Below, piece after piece: positions 27,656 through 40,282 of a stretch of DNA of 64,000 bases. A model generated the notes under the pieces. The model did not search any database, was not told where the DNA came from, and was given only the letters and a program-made list of their open reading frames with translations. The position numbers and the translations under genes were made by a program. The stretch spans positions 17,610,001 through 17,674,000 of the forward strand of contig CM119372.1 of NCBI GenBank assembly GCA_051294905.1, written 5' to 3'. Within the stretch, counting starts at the first letter, position 1, and each line of letters starts with the position of its first letter. This DNA comes from Botryllus schlosseri (taxonomy: Eukaryota).

Positions 27656-28240
27656 ACGCGAAACAATAACTTCATATTGTTAATTTATTCGCTAAAAGCT
27701 TTTCGACTAACTCTCATCAGTAGCGAACGTTAGTGATGGGGTGAATCAAATTCGAAATGTAAGAACTATTTTGTCTGTATGACGTAATAATAACAAAAAC
27801 AAACAACTAGTAGACGGGCTAGATACGGTAGTAACGGTACAAAACAAACGTTAACGAGTACATATTCGGTTACAAATAACCGAAAACACAACACATAACA
27901 TTAATGAAATATTCCAAGAGTGTAGAGGCGTTCCTTCTGGCGACAGAGAATCGGCTTTCGTAGCTTTATGATCGTAGATTCCAGGACCTTTAAATGAAAA
28001 AGAGAACGGCCACGAGCGAGTATAGAAAATTGACTGTCATTGTAATGATCAGCACATTCTGGATGGGATAAGAGATGCTGTCCAATAGCCGAATTACAAG
28101 CAGTAACTTGATCATAATCACGCAGTGTGTCAACAGACTGCGATGAAGGAGTTGGAGAAACATTATTTATTCTAATTTGCCGTGGGACATGCTGGCGAAT
28201 TCTTTGCTGCAAGCGCTGAGACGTGCGCTGAGACGTGTTC
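27656..28240 (-). mobile_element. Penelope-like element 3' fragment (GIY-YIG endonuclease C-terminus plus 3' repeat)
   Basis: [40 protein letters not shown] matches the C-terminal pattern of PLE GIY-YIG domains; near-identical copy at 61831-62247; hammerhead core in the 3' part. Confidence 0.82.
27688..27727 (-). ncRNA. Minimal type I hammerhead ribozyme motif
   Basis: TTCGCTA-CTGATGA-GAGTTAGTC-GAAA-AGCT-TT-TAGCGAA: 7-bp stem I, intact CUGAUGA and GAAA core, very short stem II, palindromic AAGCTT stem III. Confidence 0.72.
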
Positions 28241-29888
28241 TTACTGCAGTAAGAACAATATGGGCGGATATCACGATCTGATCAATAGAAATCCGATTTG
28301 TACCAAATAGCCAATGGTTTGTAGTTAGATATTGGAGCACTCGTTTCCAGTCCATCCGGTGTCGATCATGTTTATCGGAATATAATATTTTTCCGTTGAA
28401 ACGAATCGAATAATCGAATTAAACACTGCGCCATGCAGATTGCGCCGTGCCCGTAACGAAACTATGCACATTTACAAGTCACAGTGCGCGATAATTCGGG
28501 AATACTAGAGTATCCAGCAGACATCAAGAATGAATACACGAAACAGATGATTGCAAATTGGAAATCGCGTATCAAATCAGTTTGTCTCCAACATGAAATA
28601 CCATCGGGTTCTGACATCGCATTGAGCAGCTGGCACGCGACAATTGTTTGCTGAGTGTAAGGGCGTTTTGAGCTACTCTTCTGCCATCCCTATTTACGCT
28701 CGAAAATCCTTATTGGAGTGAATGACAATCATGCGCAGTAATGAATTACAAGTCGCATGCACAGCTGCATACACAATAACACTGTCCAATTTCGTGGCCC
28801 GATTGAAAAACTATCACGTAAGAACGAGTATTTGCTTATCCGATTCAGAGCAACGATGAGATGGAATTTCTCGGCGCGTGCTCGTCATATCGACATGCGC
28901 AACGAATTCACGTTTTTATTCTCTGTCCCATTTCGCGTAATACATAGTGATCATTATTTGCGAACCGTGCAATTGGCCAGCAATGTCGCGTTGATGATTA
29001 AATTGCGGGTATTCCGAATACCCACAATATTCACAGGCATATCTAGCATACCGAGGTTCGGCGCTCATGTATGAAAATTGAACATTGAACATATGACTGC
29101 TCTGCTGTTAAATCCCCAGCAACGTGGTTAGTCGGAAAAGGTAGCGCCAAAGAGGCAAATTTACTTCATTTCGCGAAGGCCTGCTGTTGAATTATGTGAA
29201 ATGGAATAACACCATGCTTCAACAAAGCGATTATATGACAATTGACCCGCCTGACTCTCACCCTCGGGAAACTCGTGAATAGTCTTACCGTATGACATGA
29301 AGATACAGCTCTCTGAAGAAACCGCTTTTATCAGCCCTACCGGTATATCTGATGATGATAACTAGGGCGATTTTTTACCTAAAAAACGGAAGATTTTGAC
29401 CTGAAATAACTAAATTTTGACTTTTTTTTACCTAAAAAAAATGAATTCTGACCAAATTTTGACCTCACGTATGCAAATTAGGTGTTTTTGCACATAATGT
29501 TAAAATTGTACTACTTATCTTCATTTCTGGCTGGAACTGTCTGTCTTTACGAAGTAGTTTGGCCTGAAAAAACGTTTTTGGCTCAAAAACTGACAAATTT
29601 TTACATGAAAAAACTAGTATTTTAACTGAAGAGTTCCAGTAGTTACATCACGTATTATGGTAGAAATAATTAAAATTTGTTGTAGTACAACGAAAGATAC
29701 TTTCTACATTCTCGGGTAGAAAGTGTCTGTCCTTACTGAGTAGCTTGCCAAGAATGGAGAAAGAACGTTCAACAGCAGCAATGCTATCTACATCACAATT
29801 TTTCAGCTTGCGCTTCTTGATATAAAAACCATGCAATGCCCAAGCAGTCTTGCTTCAGATAGGATATTGCGGTACGTCGACCATAAAA

Positions 29889-31040
29889 CAGGGGCGGGCA
29901 ACATACGGCACGCGGGCCGAATCCGGCCGCGATTTTGTCCTGCCCGCGGACAGTTTCCCGTCTTACATGATAATGTGACCGCGGCCCCAGTCTGCCGAGA
30001 TTCCCCACTACTTTCTTAAACGTCAAATTTTAGTCACTGTATGTCATTATATACGTGTGTGCGAAGCGTGCGAGTGCAGAGCTTACGCGTAAGTTCGTCG
30101 AAGCGAGAAGACTTGAATCAATATCGGCATTTACCATGTACTCAACCCTAATGAATTGATATCTTGGTAAATTTGGGGTACCGGGCTTATCGAACGCCTT
30201 GGAATCTTAACTAAGGATTGCGCCATGGTGTGGACACAAGCACGCACGCGGCTCAGTGAAATTGGTCTGCGTCACACTTTCCATTTGGCTAAATGCAATT
30301 TGATGGTGATTTTTGACCGGCTTGCCGAGCATTAAATTTGATAAAACTGGTATCAATCGAAAGCTACCGCGGTACTGATTGCGAAAATATAAATTTTATT
30401 CTGCTCGCGGCAAAGGAACCCCCCAAAATCGGCCCCGAATGTTACATTGTAACGGAGATTGGTGTTGTGACGCAACCATGCCGTCTGAGCATCTCAAGCG
30501 CAAGTGCGCACGAGAGTTGCGCAACAATGCCCAATACGCTTCCGGTTTGCGCTGCTCTCACTTGCTCCCAGACGGCATCGTTGCGTCACAATACCAAATT
30601 CCGTTACAATGCAACATTCGAGGCTGATTTTGGGGGGTTCCAGGGCCACGAGCAGAATAAAATTTACATTTGCACAATCAGTACCGCGGTAGCTTTCGAT
30701 TGATACCGGTGTTATCAAATTTCGCGCTCGGCAAGCCGGTCACTATAGGACGCTATGATTACACCGTGTGTTAAATGTTAATTGATCAGAGAGAAGCAAA
30801 CATGGCGGGGCCTGTATGACAATGCTGTTCTCAAATCCAGATTGTCTTCGTTATTACCGACGAGAAATGGCTTTGAAGTGACATTGCTGTCGTTAAAATA
30901 CATTCAATAAATACGATTTATTCTGTGTATATGTGTATAAAAGGGCGAATAATGTATCGATTCAGCAATCCGGCCCGTCAAGTAGGCCTACTCAATTTTC
31001 CTATATCCGGCCCGCCGACTGAAGAAGTTGCCCGCCCCTG
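29889..31040. mobile_element. Nested hAT-type MITE
   Basis: TIR CAGGGGCGGGCAAC/GTTGCCCGCCCCTG; perfect TSD CCATAAAA. Confidence 0.92.
30314..30742. mobile_element. Palindromic MITE, innermost nested element
   Basis: TGACCGGCTTGCCGAGC...GCTCGGCAAGCCGGTCA with ~175-bp imperfect inverted arms. Confidence 0.85.
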
Positions 31041-31799
31041 CCATAAAACCATTTCAATCTATTTGTTTCATCTGACCGTTTATGATTCACAATGAGCAGA
31101 CAATGGGCCGTTTACAACCGTAGGCCTATAAAGCTACAAGCTGTAAAATATCAAATGATAAGTTCACCGACAGTGCAAAATCTACAATACAAACGAAATG
31201 CAGAGGTCAAACATTTTTTGACTTTGTAAACAATTTTGACAAATTTTGACCTAACGCCACAATTTTGACAAAATTTTAACAAATTCTGACATGTCAAAAA
31301 ATCGCCCTAATGATAACGTATATGCAATACGCAAGTAACAATACTATTGACCAATTTCATTCATTACCTTTCAAAAATTTTCGCGTTTTGCGTGGAAGTT
31401 ATGCCACGTCCTTGGCCATATGAACTCGTTACGTCACAATGAGTCATTTTCGTCGCGTCTGGTAAAAATATCGCCTCCCACCCGGTCACACGTACAATGT
31501 TCAGACGCGGCGCCACTCGTGCATAGATTTATTCTTTGTTAACCTATATTCCCACTTCATGATGACGTTATACACTCGTATTAGTGAAAAAGTGAGAATT
31601 CCGCGAGCGGTGTCGCGTCTGAACTCTGAATATTGCACGTGTGACCCCGCCCTTTACTTTTCACCGCTTCGCTTACGTCACGCATCCTGGATAGAAATGC
31701 TGGGTACTGGGTATGCAGTATCGATACGACAGAACCGCAGAAAGATGCTAGAATTAGAATGATTAAAATTAAATGTCATTGTTTGTTACATGTTGTGAG

Positions 31800-32322
31800 T
31801 AGGACTGGGCAAAATCGAGTACCTGAGTGATTCGATTCTGAATCAAGTATTATGCGTCGATTCGAGTATCACTCGTTGTGACGTAGGCCTAATAGCGGTA
31901 TGTAAGATGTCCACCGTCCATGTTCAAATATGTATCTTTCATGCTGCTACAAAGAATACAATGCCTGTTCTCCATCACATTTATGATACTTTGGGATTTT
32001 TTCGACCATACCGATTTCATCGCACTTTGTGACATGTTGTCGGTTGATCATGACATCAGAAATATGGTATTTCCAGTAACGTTAGTAGCTTTGTACTATG
32101 TGTTTCGTATGCTGCGCTACCACGGCCAATCAAGGTTTCAAGGCTTCCAGATGCAGTGGAAACAAAATATCAAAACTATGATTCTCATTGATCAATTCAC
32201 ATTCAGTGGCGAGGAGCGTAAATTTTCAGTACTCGAAAAATCGTGTTTTACTATTCGACTCGAATCATTAGAATTGATACTTGATTCAGAATCGAGTACT
32301 CGAATCATTCTGCCCAGCTCTG
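31800..32322 (+). mobile_element. hAT-type MITE family TAGGGCTGGGC
   Basis: Homologous to 16453 and 51407 copies; TSD GTTGTGAG/GTTGCGAG. Confidence 0.85.
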
Positions 32323-32669
32323 GTTGCGAGTCATTATGACTGCTTCGTGCTCTTGCTTGAGGTCTCTATGATATTTCTCAAGGCTCGTGTGCTCAAAATA
32401 TCCCAACGTCGAATCCATACTGTTTTTATAGGAAGTTGTGTTAAGTACCTGCGCAAATTCCCAAATCGGAACAGTCTGATGCAAAACTGCATATTACGAT
32501 GGAAATCTGTTGATAAATTTGCTCTCCGTTACTCTCACAATTAAATATAATTGGACGGTGACCAATGAACAATGCACATTGATTATAATGCGACAACCGA
32601 CAGTCATCTAGCTCTAGCATTCAAGTTGAAATACAAGCAATTTTTTCTAACTGATATACTAGTCTGCCT

Positions 32670-32930
32670 ACAGGATTAGCGGACCACGACCTAACATATC
32701 GATCTCGCCTTCCGCCACATGCCACCTCATTTTGTCGCTTGCCTTTTACATTCTCATCTTTACTTTTCATTCAGTGTGCATGTGCATTGTGCATGCCTCT
32801 TCTCTACTTCGCCTAGGCCAAGGTGGGTGTCTGATTTCAAAGACTGCTCCAAGTCGTTTCGACACCTTCCTATCTTTTCATTGTATCGCAGTTTTGTGGT
32901 GTTTTAAAATGATGAAAATAATAATTAAAA
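32670..32930 (+). repeat. Interspersed retroposon-like 3'-end repeat; other copies at ~14125-14390 (-), ~17558-17800 (-), ~52855-52945 (-)
   Basis: Shared core CTCCAAGTCGTTTCGACACCTTCCTATCTTTTCATTGTATCGCA; copies end in an A-rich signal plus (TGAT)n or (ATG)n microsatellite tails. Confidence 0.65.
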
Positions 32931-32978
32931 ATGACACCAACCAATTGTATATATTATATAGTTAGGGGGATATATATC

Positions 32979-34242
32979 CAGAGGTGGTCAAAGTAGTCAA
33001 GAAAGCTACTCAAGTAGAAGTAGAAGTAGCGACGAAAAAAATCCACTCAAGTACGAGTAGAAGTACTGCTTCCATGAACCACCTAAAACTACTTGAAGTA
33101 GAAGCAGAATTGACTGACTTTAAATCTACTCAAGTAAGTAAGTACGGTAGTTGTGAAAACATCACATGGCTTGTCAAAAGGTGCAAATTGAGCTATGCGA
33201 AAGGTGTCGAGCTTGATTCATATTGATACATACCAGGAGGTATCCACTTTTCGACAGTATAAGCATTCGTCCGCATCATGGAATGAAAATGATAGTATTG
33301 ATATGGAAATGCGATACTAATCCTCTGTTTTCTCGAACAGCACGTTTTAGAAAATATCATAGTATGACGCCCTCCCCATATTATAAGGCTCGTAGTTTAG
33401 TCGAATAGCGATACAGAGCAGTTGTATCGGATACGGTGTAAGCACTTTGCGCGATTAGTAAACGTTAATAAAAATATGGTGGACCGTGAAAATGTCATAT
33501 TGTGTAGCTTTATTTCCGGAAATTAAAGGCATTTCTACACTTGCTTTTATACTTCAACATGTATGTTATCCAGACAAGAGAGTTGATATTAATCAGAAGT
33601 CAAAGTATATAATACTGGGAATTGAAAGTGAAATGCACATACCGGTACTACTTCTAAAAGCGGAACATATATTTAATGTCTTTAGTCCAGAAAGTTTCAA
33701 AGGATGGTATACTAATACTAGTAATACAGCTCAAAAACTGAAAAAAGTCAGAGTCCACCTACCAGATTAGGTTAGGACACGCTATGAACATCAGTTTCAA
33801 ACGTTAAGATGAACCATATATACTGCGAGGAATTATTTCATATGGGCGAAGGGCGACAATGTGGTGTGAACGGAACCACGCCATCCCGCTACCTAAATTA
33901 TATTCATCTATACTTTTGTGAAATGATACTGGTTACTCTGTATCCACTGCGCGCGAAGCGCGACGAAAATTCTGGGCTTTATTCAACTTTTATGAAAATT
34001 AAATGTTGATACTCCGTTAAAACAGCCCCTAAATTCCTCAGGCTATCTTCCTGATTGGAAGATTGAACTACTTCTACTTGACAAACTGAAAATAGCGGAA
34101 AGTAGGTAAGTACATCACAAAATATTACGAAGTACAAGTAGAAGCAGCGAAAATCAGGTCTACTTGAGTAAGTACCAGAAGTAGAGGAAAATTACTTGAG
34201 TACTTCGAAAAAGTAGAAGTACTTCGTTACTGACCACCTCTG
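32979..34242 (+). mobile_element. ~1.3-kb hAT-type non-autonomous element, family CAGAGGTGGTCA, copy 1
   Basis: 12-bp TIR, AAGTAG subterminal repeats, perfect TSD TATATATC. Confidence 0.93.
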
Positions 34243-34303
34243 TATATATCCCTGCTTAGTTTCACGAGTTGAATTACTGGAAGGGGCTTGCACACCGAGC
34301 GTC

Positions 34304-34375
34304 AGCAGAGTGGCGCAGCGGAAGCGTGCTGGGCTCATAACCCAGAGGTCGATGGATCGAAACCATCCTCTGCTA
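34304..34375 (+). tRNA. Initiator tRNA-Met (CAT)
   Basis: Same 72-nt sequence as 22693-22764. Confidence 0.97.
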
Positions 34376-34382
34376 CAGAGGC

Positions 34383-34454
34383 GCTGTGATCGTATAGTGG
34401 TTAGTACCTCACGTTGTGGCCGTGATAACCCAGGTTCGAATCCTGGTCACAGCA
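34383..34454 (+). tRNA. tRNA-His (GTG)
   Basis: Cloverleaf with anticodon loop TTGTGGC; differs from the other copy only at loop position 32; T5 run follows at ~34459-34463. Confidence 0.95.
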
Positions 34455-34496
34455 GTACTTTTTATATAACGATATATCGTTGCCAAATATAATCAC

Positions 34497-35323
34497 TAGG
34501 GCGATTATTTTTTGACCTAAAAAAGTTCATTTTTTGACCTTAAAAATCTTGATTTTGACCTAAGGTATGCAAATTAGGTGTTTTCCCACATAATGTCAGA
34601 ATAGTACTAAATATCTTCATTTCTGGTTGGAACCGTATGTCCTTACGAAGTAGTTTGGCCTGAAAAAAAAACTTTTTTTGCCTCAAAAACTGACAAATTT
34701 TTACATGAAAAACTTCATTTTAACGAAATCTGGCCCTATGAAGAATTCCAGTTGTTACATGACGCATTATGGTAGGAATAATTTTTAAAAAAATTGTAGT
34801 ACAACGAAAGATGCTTTCCTACATTCTCGAGTAGAAAGTGTTTGTCCTTACTAAGTAACCTGTCAAAAATGGAGAAAGAACGTTCAACAGCAGCAGTTGT
34901 CGGCTGACAACACTGAAGTTGTGTGTACACTGCTGATGACAAACCGTGTTGCTTCCGGCAATGGTTTCTACATCACAATTTTTCATAATGCGCTTCTTGA
35001 TATAAGAACCATGCAATGCCTACGCAGTCTTCTTTAGTTGGGATATTGCGGCCCGTTGAGCATAACACCATGTCAACCTATTTGTTTCATTTGACCGTTT
35101 ATGATTCACAATAACCAGACGATGGGCAGTCTACAACGACAGGCCTGTAAAGTAAGCTACAAACTGTAAAATGTCAAATGACAGGGCAAAATCTACGATA
35201 CAAACGAAATGCAGGTTGCAAAAAAGTTTTAACTTTGTACAAAATTTGACATTTTTTGACCTAACGCTACAATTTTGAACCTAATTTTGACTTTTTCTCG
35301 ACATGTCAAAAAAAATCACCTTA
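34497..35323 (-). mobile_element. Uninterrupted copy of the TAGGGCGAT hAT derivative
   Basis: Colinear with 29363-31309 minus the nested inserts; PTTAAVERSFS remnant; TSD ATAATCAC/ATGATCAC. Confidence 0.88.
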
Positions 35324-35536
35324 ATGATCACTAATTACTGTACGACAGGGGTTCTTAGAGTATGGGTCGCGACGGCACCAGAGCAATATTTTTTCAGGCA
35401 TGTAATATTTGTTGAATTCCTTGCAACGAAAAAAGTTTATCGCGCCTCGCGCGATTTCCTGTGGATAGTTTTTACATGTCCGAGGGCATTATAGTCAATA
35501 AGCGATGTTACCAGATATCCTGCCATACCTGAGTAT

Positions 35537-36814
35537 CAGAGGTGGTCAGTAACGAAGTACTTATACTTTTTCGAAGTACTCAAGTAGTTTGCCTCTACTT
35601 CTGGCACTTACTCAAGTAGATCGAATTTTCGCTACTTCTAGTTCGTAATATTCTGTGATCTACTCACTTACTTTTCGCTATTTTCAGTTTGTCAAGTAGA
35701 AATAGTATAATCATCCAATTCGAAAGAGAGATTGAGGAATTTCGGGGCTGTTTTCATGGAGTACTAACATATAATTTTCATAAAAGTTAAGTAAAGCCCA
35801 GAATTTTCATCGCGCTTCGCGCAAAGTAGATATGGAGTGACAAGTATGTTTTCACGAAAGTATTGGAGAAGAGGCTACAATTTACGTAGCGGTAGCGTGG
35901 CTCGCTTTACTCCCACCGTATTGTCGTCCATATGAAATAGTTCATCACAGTAAATATGGCCCATCATAACGTTTAAAACTAGTAGTTTCACAATCTAGCA
36001 TTTACCACAATCATATCGTGATCTAGCAGCCCAGCATGGCGTGTCCTAATCTGGAGAAGTGGTATCTGACTTTTTGAGCGTCAGACCTATTTTAGCAGAC
36101 CACTGTTGAAGCTATCTGGACAAGAGACATGGAACACATTTTCTTCTTTTAATTCACAGTATCATTAGTTTGAGTTCTAATGAGTTTCAGTTCCTTTGTC
36201 TGGATCTGCATGGGGAACTTACATGTTGAAGTTTAAAAGCTAGTGTAATAATGCCTCCATTTTCCGAAAATATAATTTCACTGTAGTATGGCATTTTACG
36301 ATCCGTCATATTTTTTATTACCGTATACTGATCTCGCAAAGTCTTAACACCGTATCCGATACAGCTTCTTGGTATTGCTCTTCGATTAAACTATGGACCT
36401 TATAATATGGGGGAGGGCGCCGAGGACGTTTTCTAAGACGTGGTGTTTGGGTAAACAAAGATTAGCGTCCATAGCGATTTCCATAGCGATACTATGATTT
36501 GCATCCCATGATGCAGACGAATGCTTATGCTCTCGAAAATTGATACCTCATGTGATGCATCAATATGCTCAAGCTCTCTGAACCCTCCGTATAGCTCAAT
36601 TTGCAACTTTTGACAGTACATGCGAACGTATTATGACCGTTTTCAAAACTACTTACTTACTTGAGTAGATTTTATGCCAGGAAATTCTACTTCTACTTCA
36701 AGCAGTTTTAGGTTGCTTTTGAAAAAAGTACTTCTACTTGTACTTGAGTAGATTTTCGCGCCGCTACTTCTACTTCTACTTGAGTAGCCTTCTTGACTAC
36801 TTTGACTACCTCTG
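35537..36814 (-). mobile_element. Family CAGAGGTGGTCA, copy 2
   Basis: Inverted orientation; perfect TSD CTGAGTAT. Confidence 0.93.
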
Positions 36815-37880
36815 CTGAGTATACAGGGCCGGTGGGGGACTGTGAGACACAGGTATTTCGAGGTCAACCCTTTTCGCGCCGGAAGACGCGATGTCACTAA
36901 AAGTAAGATTTGGGTCGCGGTCTAAAACGTTTTACAGCTACTCCTTTAAGCTTACTGAACTGCTATGAACTTTCAAGTTAACAATTAGTTGGTTTGTGCG
37001 GACACTATTCAATGCTATGATTCCAATAGAAGGGCCTAGGGTATACGTCCTACTCTATACTGCAGTGCAGTGATTTTCAACCTTTTTTAGCACAATCCGC
37101 AATTGTTTTGTCAACTAAATTTCATCCGCACAAACTAACCGACAATTGCTGTACAAAACGTAAGTTCTTAACAATATTTGTTCACATGTGCAGCAAGTAA
37201 AGGCTACTGGTTTAGGCCATCAAATGTATCAATAAAACAATTTTTCCTCTCGTTTTGATTTCAACCATAGCGCAATAAAACCCTTTTTGGTCAAATAAGT
37301 TGATGGGTTTTGTACTAGACCGCCTAGTGCTTGGAAGGCTTGGTCTTCATAAGAACCATCCCGCACTATTATCCAATATATACAGTGTGTTTCCGAGAGT
37401 GAAAAATTCTTGCTGGCAGAAATCGTTTTAAGAGTACGACGCGAAGGTCCCGGAGGCTTCAGTTCGTCGAAGCGGTGGAAAACTCACAAGTTTGTTTTGA
37501 TGCTTCTGCCTGAGGGCTTGGAAAATAAGTTCCAAAACTATCAAGGCAAGTAGGCACATCAGAGATCGCTACCTTGTGATACGCTGCTCCAACTTGTGTT
37601 CTGCTGTGTTCAATAACATTTAAGCACTTGTTCTTAAACATTTCAGACCGCAGCCAAATTTTAGTTTTCGTGGCATCTCGAGACCCAACCCTCACACATA
37701 AAAAAGAATGCATTGATAAAATTAGGATAGGAGGCCTACTGCGATTTTTCGGGCATGTATGACACAGAGAACGCGCACACAATGTGTACGCAACACAACT
37801 CTACGAAACATGTCTGAGGCACGCGATTCCAAATTGGGGTGAATTATATTCCTCTGGGCGTCGCATTTGTACTCACTAGC

Positions 37881-39152
37881 CAGAGGTGGTCAAAGTAGTC
37901 AAGAAAGCTACTCAAGTAGAAGTAGAAGTAGCGATGAAAAAATACACTCAAGTACAAGTAGAAGTACTTCTTTCATAAGCCACCTAAAACTACTTGAAGT
38001 AGAAGTAGAATTTACTGACTTTTAATCTACTCAAGTAAGTAAGTAGTTTTGAAAGCAGTCCTAATTCGTTCGCATGGACTGTCAAAAGCTGCAAATTGAG
38101 CTATGCGGAAGGTGCAGAGATTCGTATTGATGCATCCTGAGAGGTATCAATTTTCGACAGAATAAGCATTCTTTCGTATAATGGGATGCAAATTATAGTA
38201 TTGATATGGAAATGCGATACTAACCCTTTGTTTACTAGAAGACCCCGTTTTAGAGAATATCATGACACGGCGCCCTCCCCCATATTGTAAGGCCCCAAGT
38301 TTAGGCGAGAGCAATACGGAGAAGTTGTATCGGATACGGTTTCAACACTTTGCGCGATTAGTATACGTTAATAACAAATATTGTGGATCGAAAAATTTAT
38401 ATTTAGGGTAGCTTTATTTTTGGAAAATAGAGGCATTACTACACTTGCTTTTATGCTTCAACATGTATGTTCTGCATACAAAAGAACTGAAAGTAATTAG
38501 AACTCAAAGTATGATACTCGATCGGAATTGAAAGTGAAATACAAATACTACTTCTAAAAAGCGTAAAATAAATTTCATGTTTTTTGTCCATAAAGCTTCA
38601 AAGGTGCTCTGCTAAAACAGGTGTAACGTTAAAAATATCCGGATTTTCCAGATTAGCAGGACATGACATGGGCTGCTAGATTACGATATGATAGGTAATT
38701 GCTAGATTCCGAATCGGTAGTTTCAAACGTTATGGTGGGCCATATTTACTGTGATGAAATATTTGATATGGGCGACAGTGCGGTGTGAGCGGAACCAAGC
38801 AATCCGGTACCTAAATTATAGTCACTGATACTTTCGTGAAACATATTTGTCACTCCATAGCTACTGTGCGCGAAACGCAACAAAATTTCTGGGCTTTACT
38901 TGACTTTTATCAATATGAAATGTTGGTACTCGGTGAAAACAACCCCGTAATTCCTCAGGCTATCTTTCGTATTAGGGATTAAACTACTTCTACTTGACAA
39001 ACTGAAAATAGCGAAAAGTAAGTAAGTAGATCCCAAAATATTACGAAGTAGAAGTAGAGAAAATCAGATCTACTTGAGTAAGTACCAGAAGTAGAGGAAA
39101 ACTACTTGATTACTTCCAAAAAGTAGAAGTACTTCGTTACTGACCACCTCTG
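37881..39152 (+). mobile_element. Family CAGAGGTGGTCA, copy 3
   Basis: Both TIRs intact; near-TSD CTCACTAGC/CTCACTAC. Confidence 0.9.
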
Positions 39153-39175
39153 CTCACTACTCACTACTTGTAATC

Positions 39176-40146
39176 CAGTGTTGGGATGACTCGAGTCATG
39201 ACTTGACTCGAGTCAGACTCGAGTCACCTTTTTCGTATGACTTGACTTGACTCGAGTCACTTTGCAAAAATGACTTGACTTGACTTGACTCGGCGCATCA
39301 AAAGTGTGGATTGACTCGTGACTCGGAGCAAAATTCACGAGTCAATTTCAAGTCATCAAGTAATCGGTGTCGATAAAAATCACTGTATCTTCCATATGTT
39401 CGGATTGTTCGCGAAACGCTGGTGTAACCCGTGAGAGCGACAAATCACTCAATGATCGTGTGTTTCACTGAGCCACCATTGTCTTACATGAATAAAATGA
39501 CCACACACGTAGTAATTGAAGCGTACAGCTTAGGTTGTCGTAAACTAGTAGTGAGGTATTTAGCATAATATTCATTTTCTGTTTTCTGTTCTTATACCTT
39601 AACCAAACATCTTGTTTCATTGAAATTGAATTCGAATATAGTTTATATACTCCTCAACCATTGGTGTAGGCTCGAATGGTATCATATCAACGTGTAAATG
39701 AGTAATGTATTGCATCTTATCAATTCGTTTTTCAAGTTTGGCTGGTAACTATAAACTGAGGCTATGCAATTACTTACGTAGTTGAACAGTTCTACGTATA
39801 TGCCTATGTGAGCGATACAGTGCCTTCTTGCGTCTATATTTAACTTTATATTCGTTCATCGGTTCAGAATCAATGACCACATCAATCTGTTAATCAGACA
39901 GCTAGCAAAATTCAATGACGTAATCATGCCTCATACTTCGAAAAGGCGATTTGACTTGAATTGTGACTTGACTCGTGACTTGACTTGACTTGACTCGACT
40001 TGACTCGAGTCACCTCCAAAAATCGAGTGACTTGACTTGACTCGAGTCACCTTCGAAAATCGATTGACTTGACTTGACTCGAGTCAAAATGTGCAATGAC
40101 TCGAAATGACTCGTGACTCGAAGGTAGTGACTTGATCCCAACACTG
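39176..40146. mobile_element. hAT-type element with TGACT/GACTCGAGTC subterminal arrays
   Basis: TIR CAGTGTTGGGAT/ATCCCAACACTG; perfect TSD TTGTAATC. Confidence 0.93.
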
Positions 40147-40282
40147 TTGTAATCACCGCAAGTCATACAAGGTTTCGAGTCACAAGTCAATCTCACTTTT
40201 ATAGTTTTGACTCGAGTCACTTTCAATTCACCGCTGAGTCAAAACCTAGTCCAAGTCAGTGAATAGAGGGTCGAGTCCTAGT

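Larger units (their letters stand above)
29363..31309 (-). mobile_element. Non-autonomous hAT element retaining a transposase C-terminal remnant; host of two nested elements
   Basis: TIR TAGGGCGATTTTTT/AAAAAATCGCCCTA; TSD ATGATAAC at 29355-29362 and 31310-31317; AAVERSFSILGKLL resembles the hAT dimerisation-domain ERxFS motif. Confidence 0.9.
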
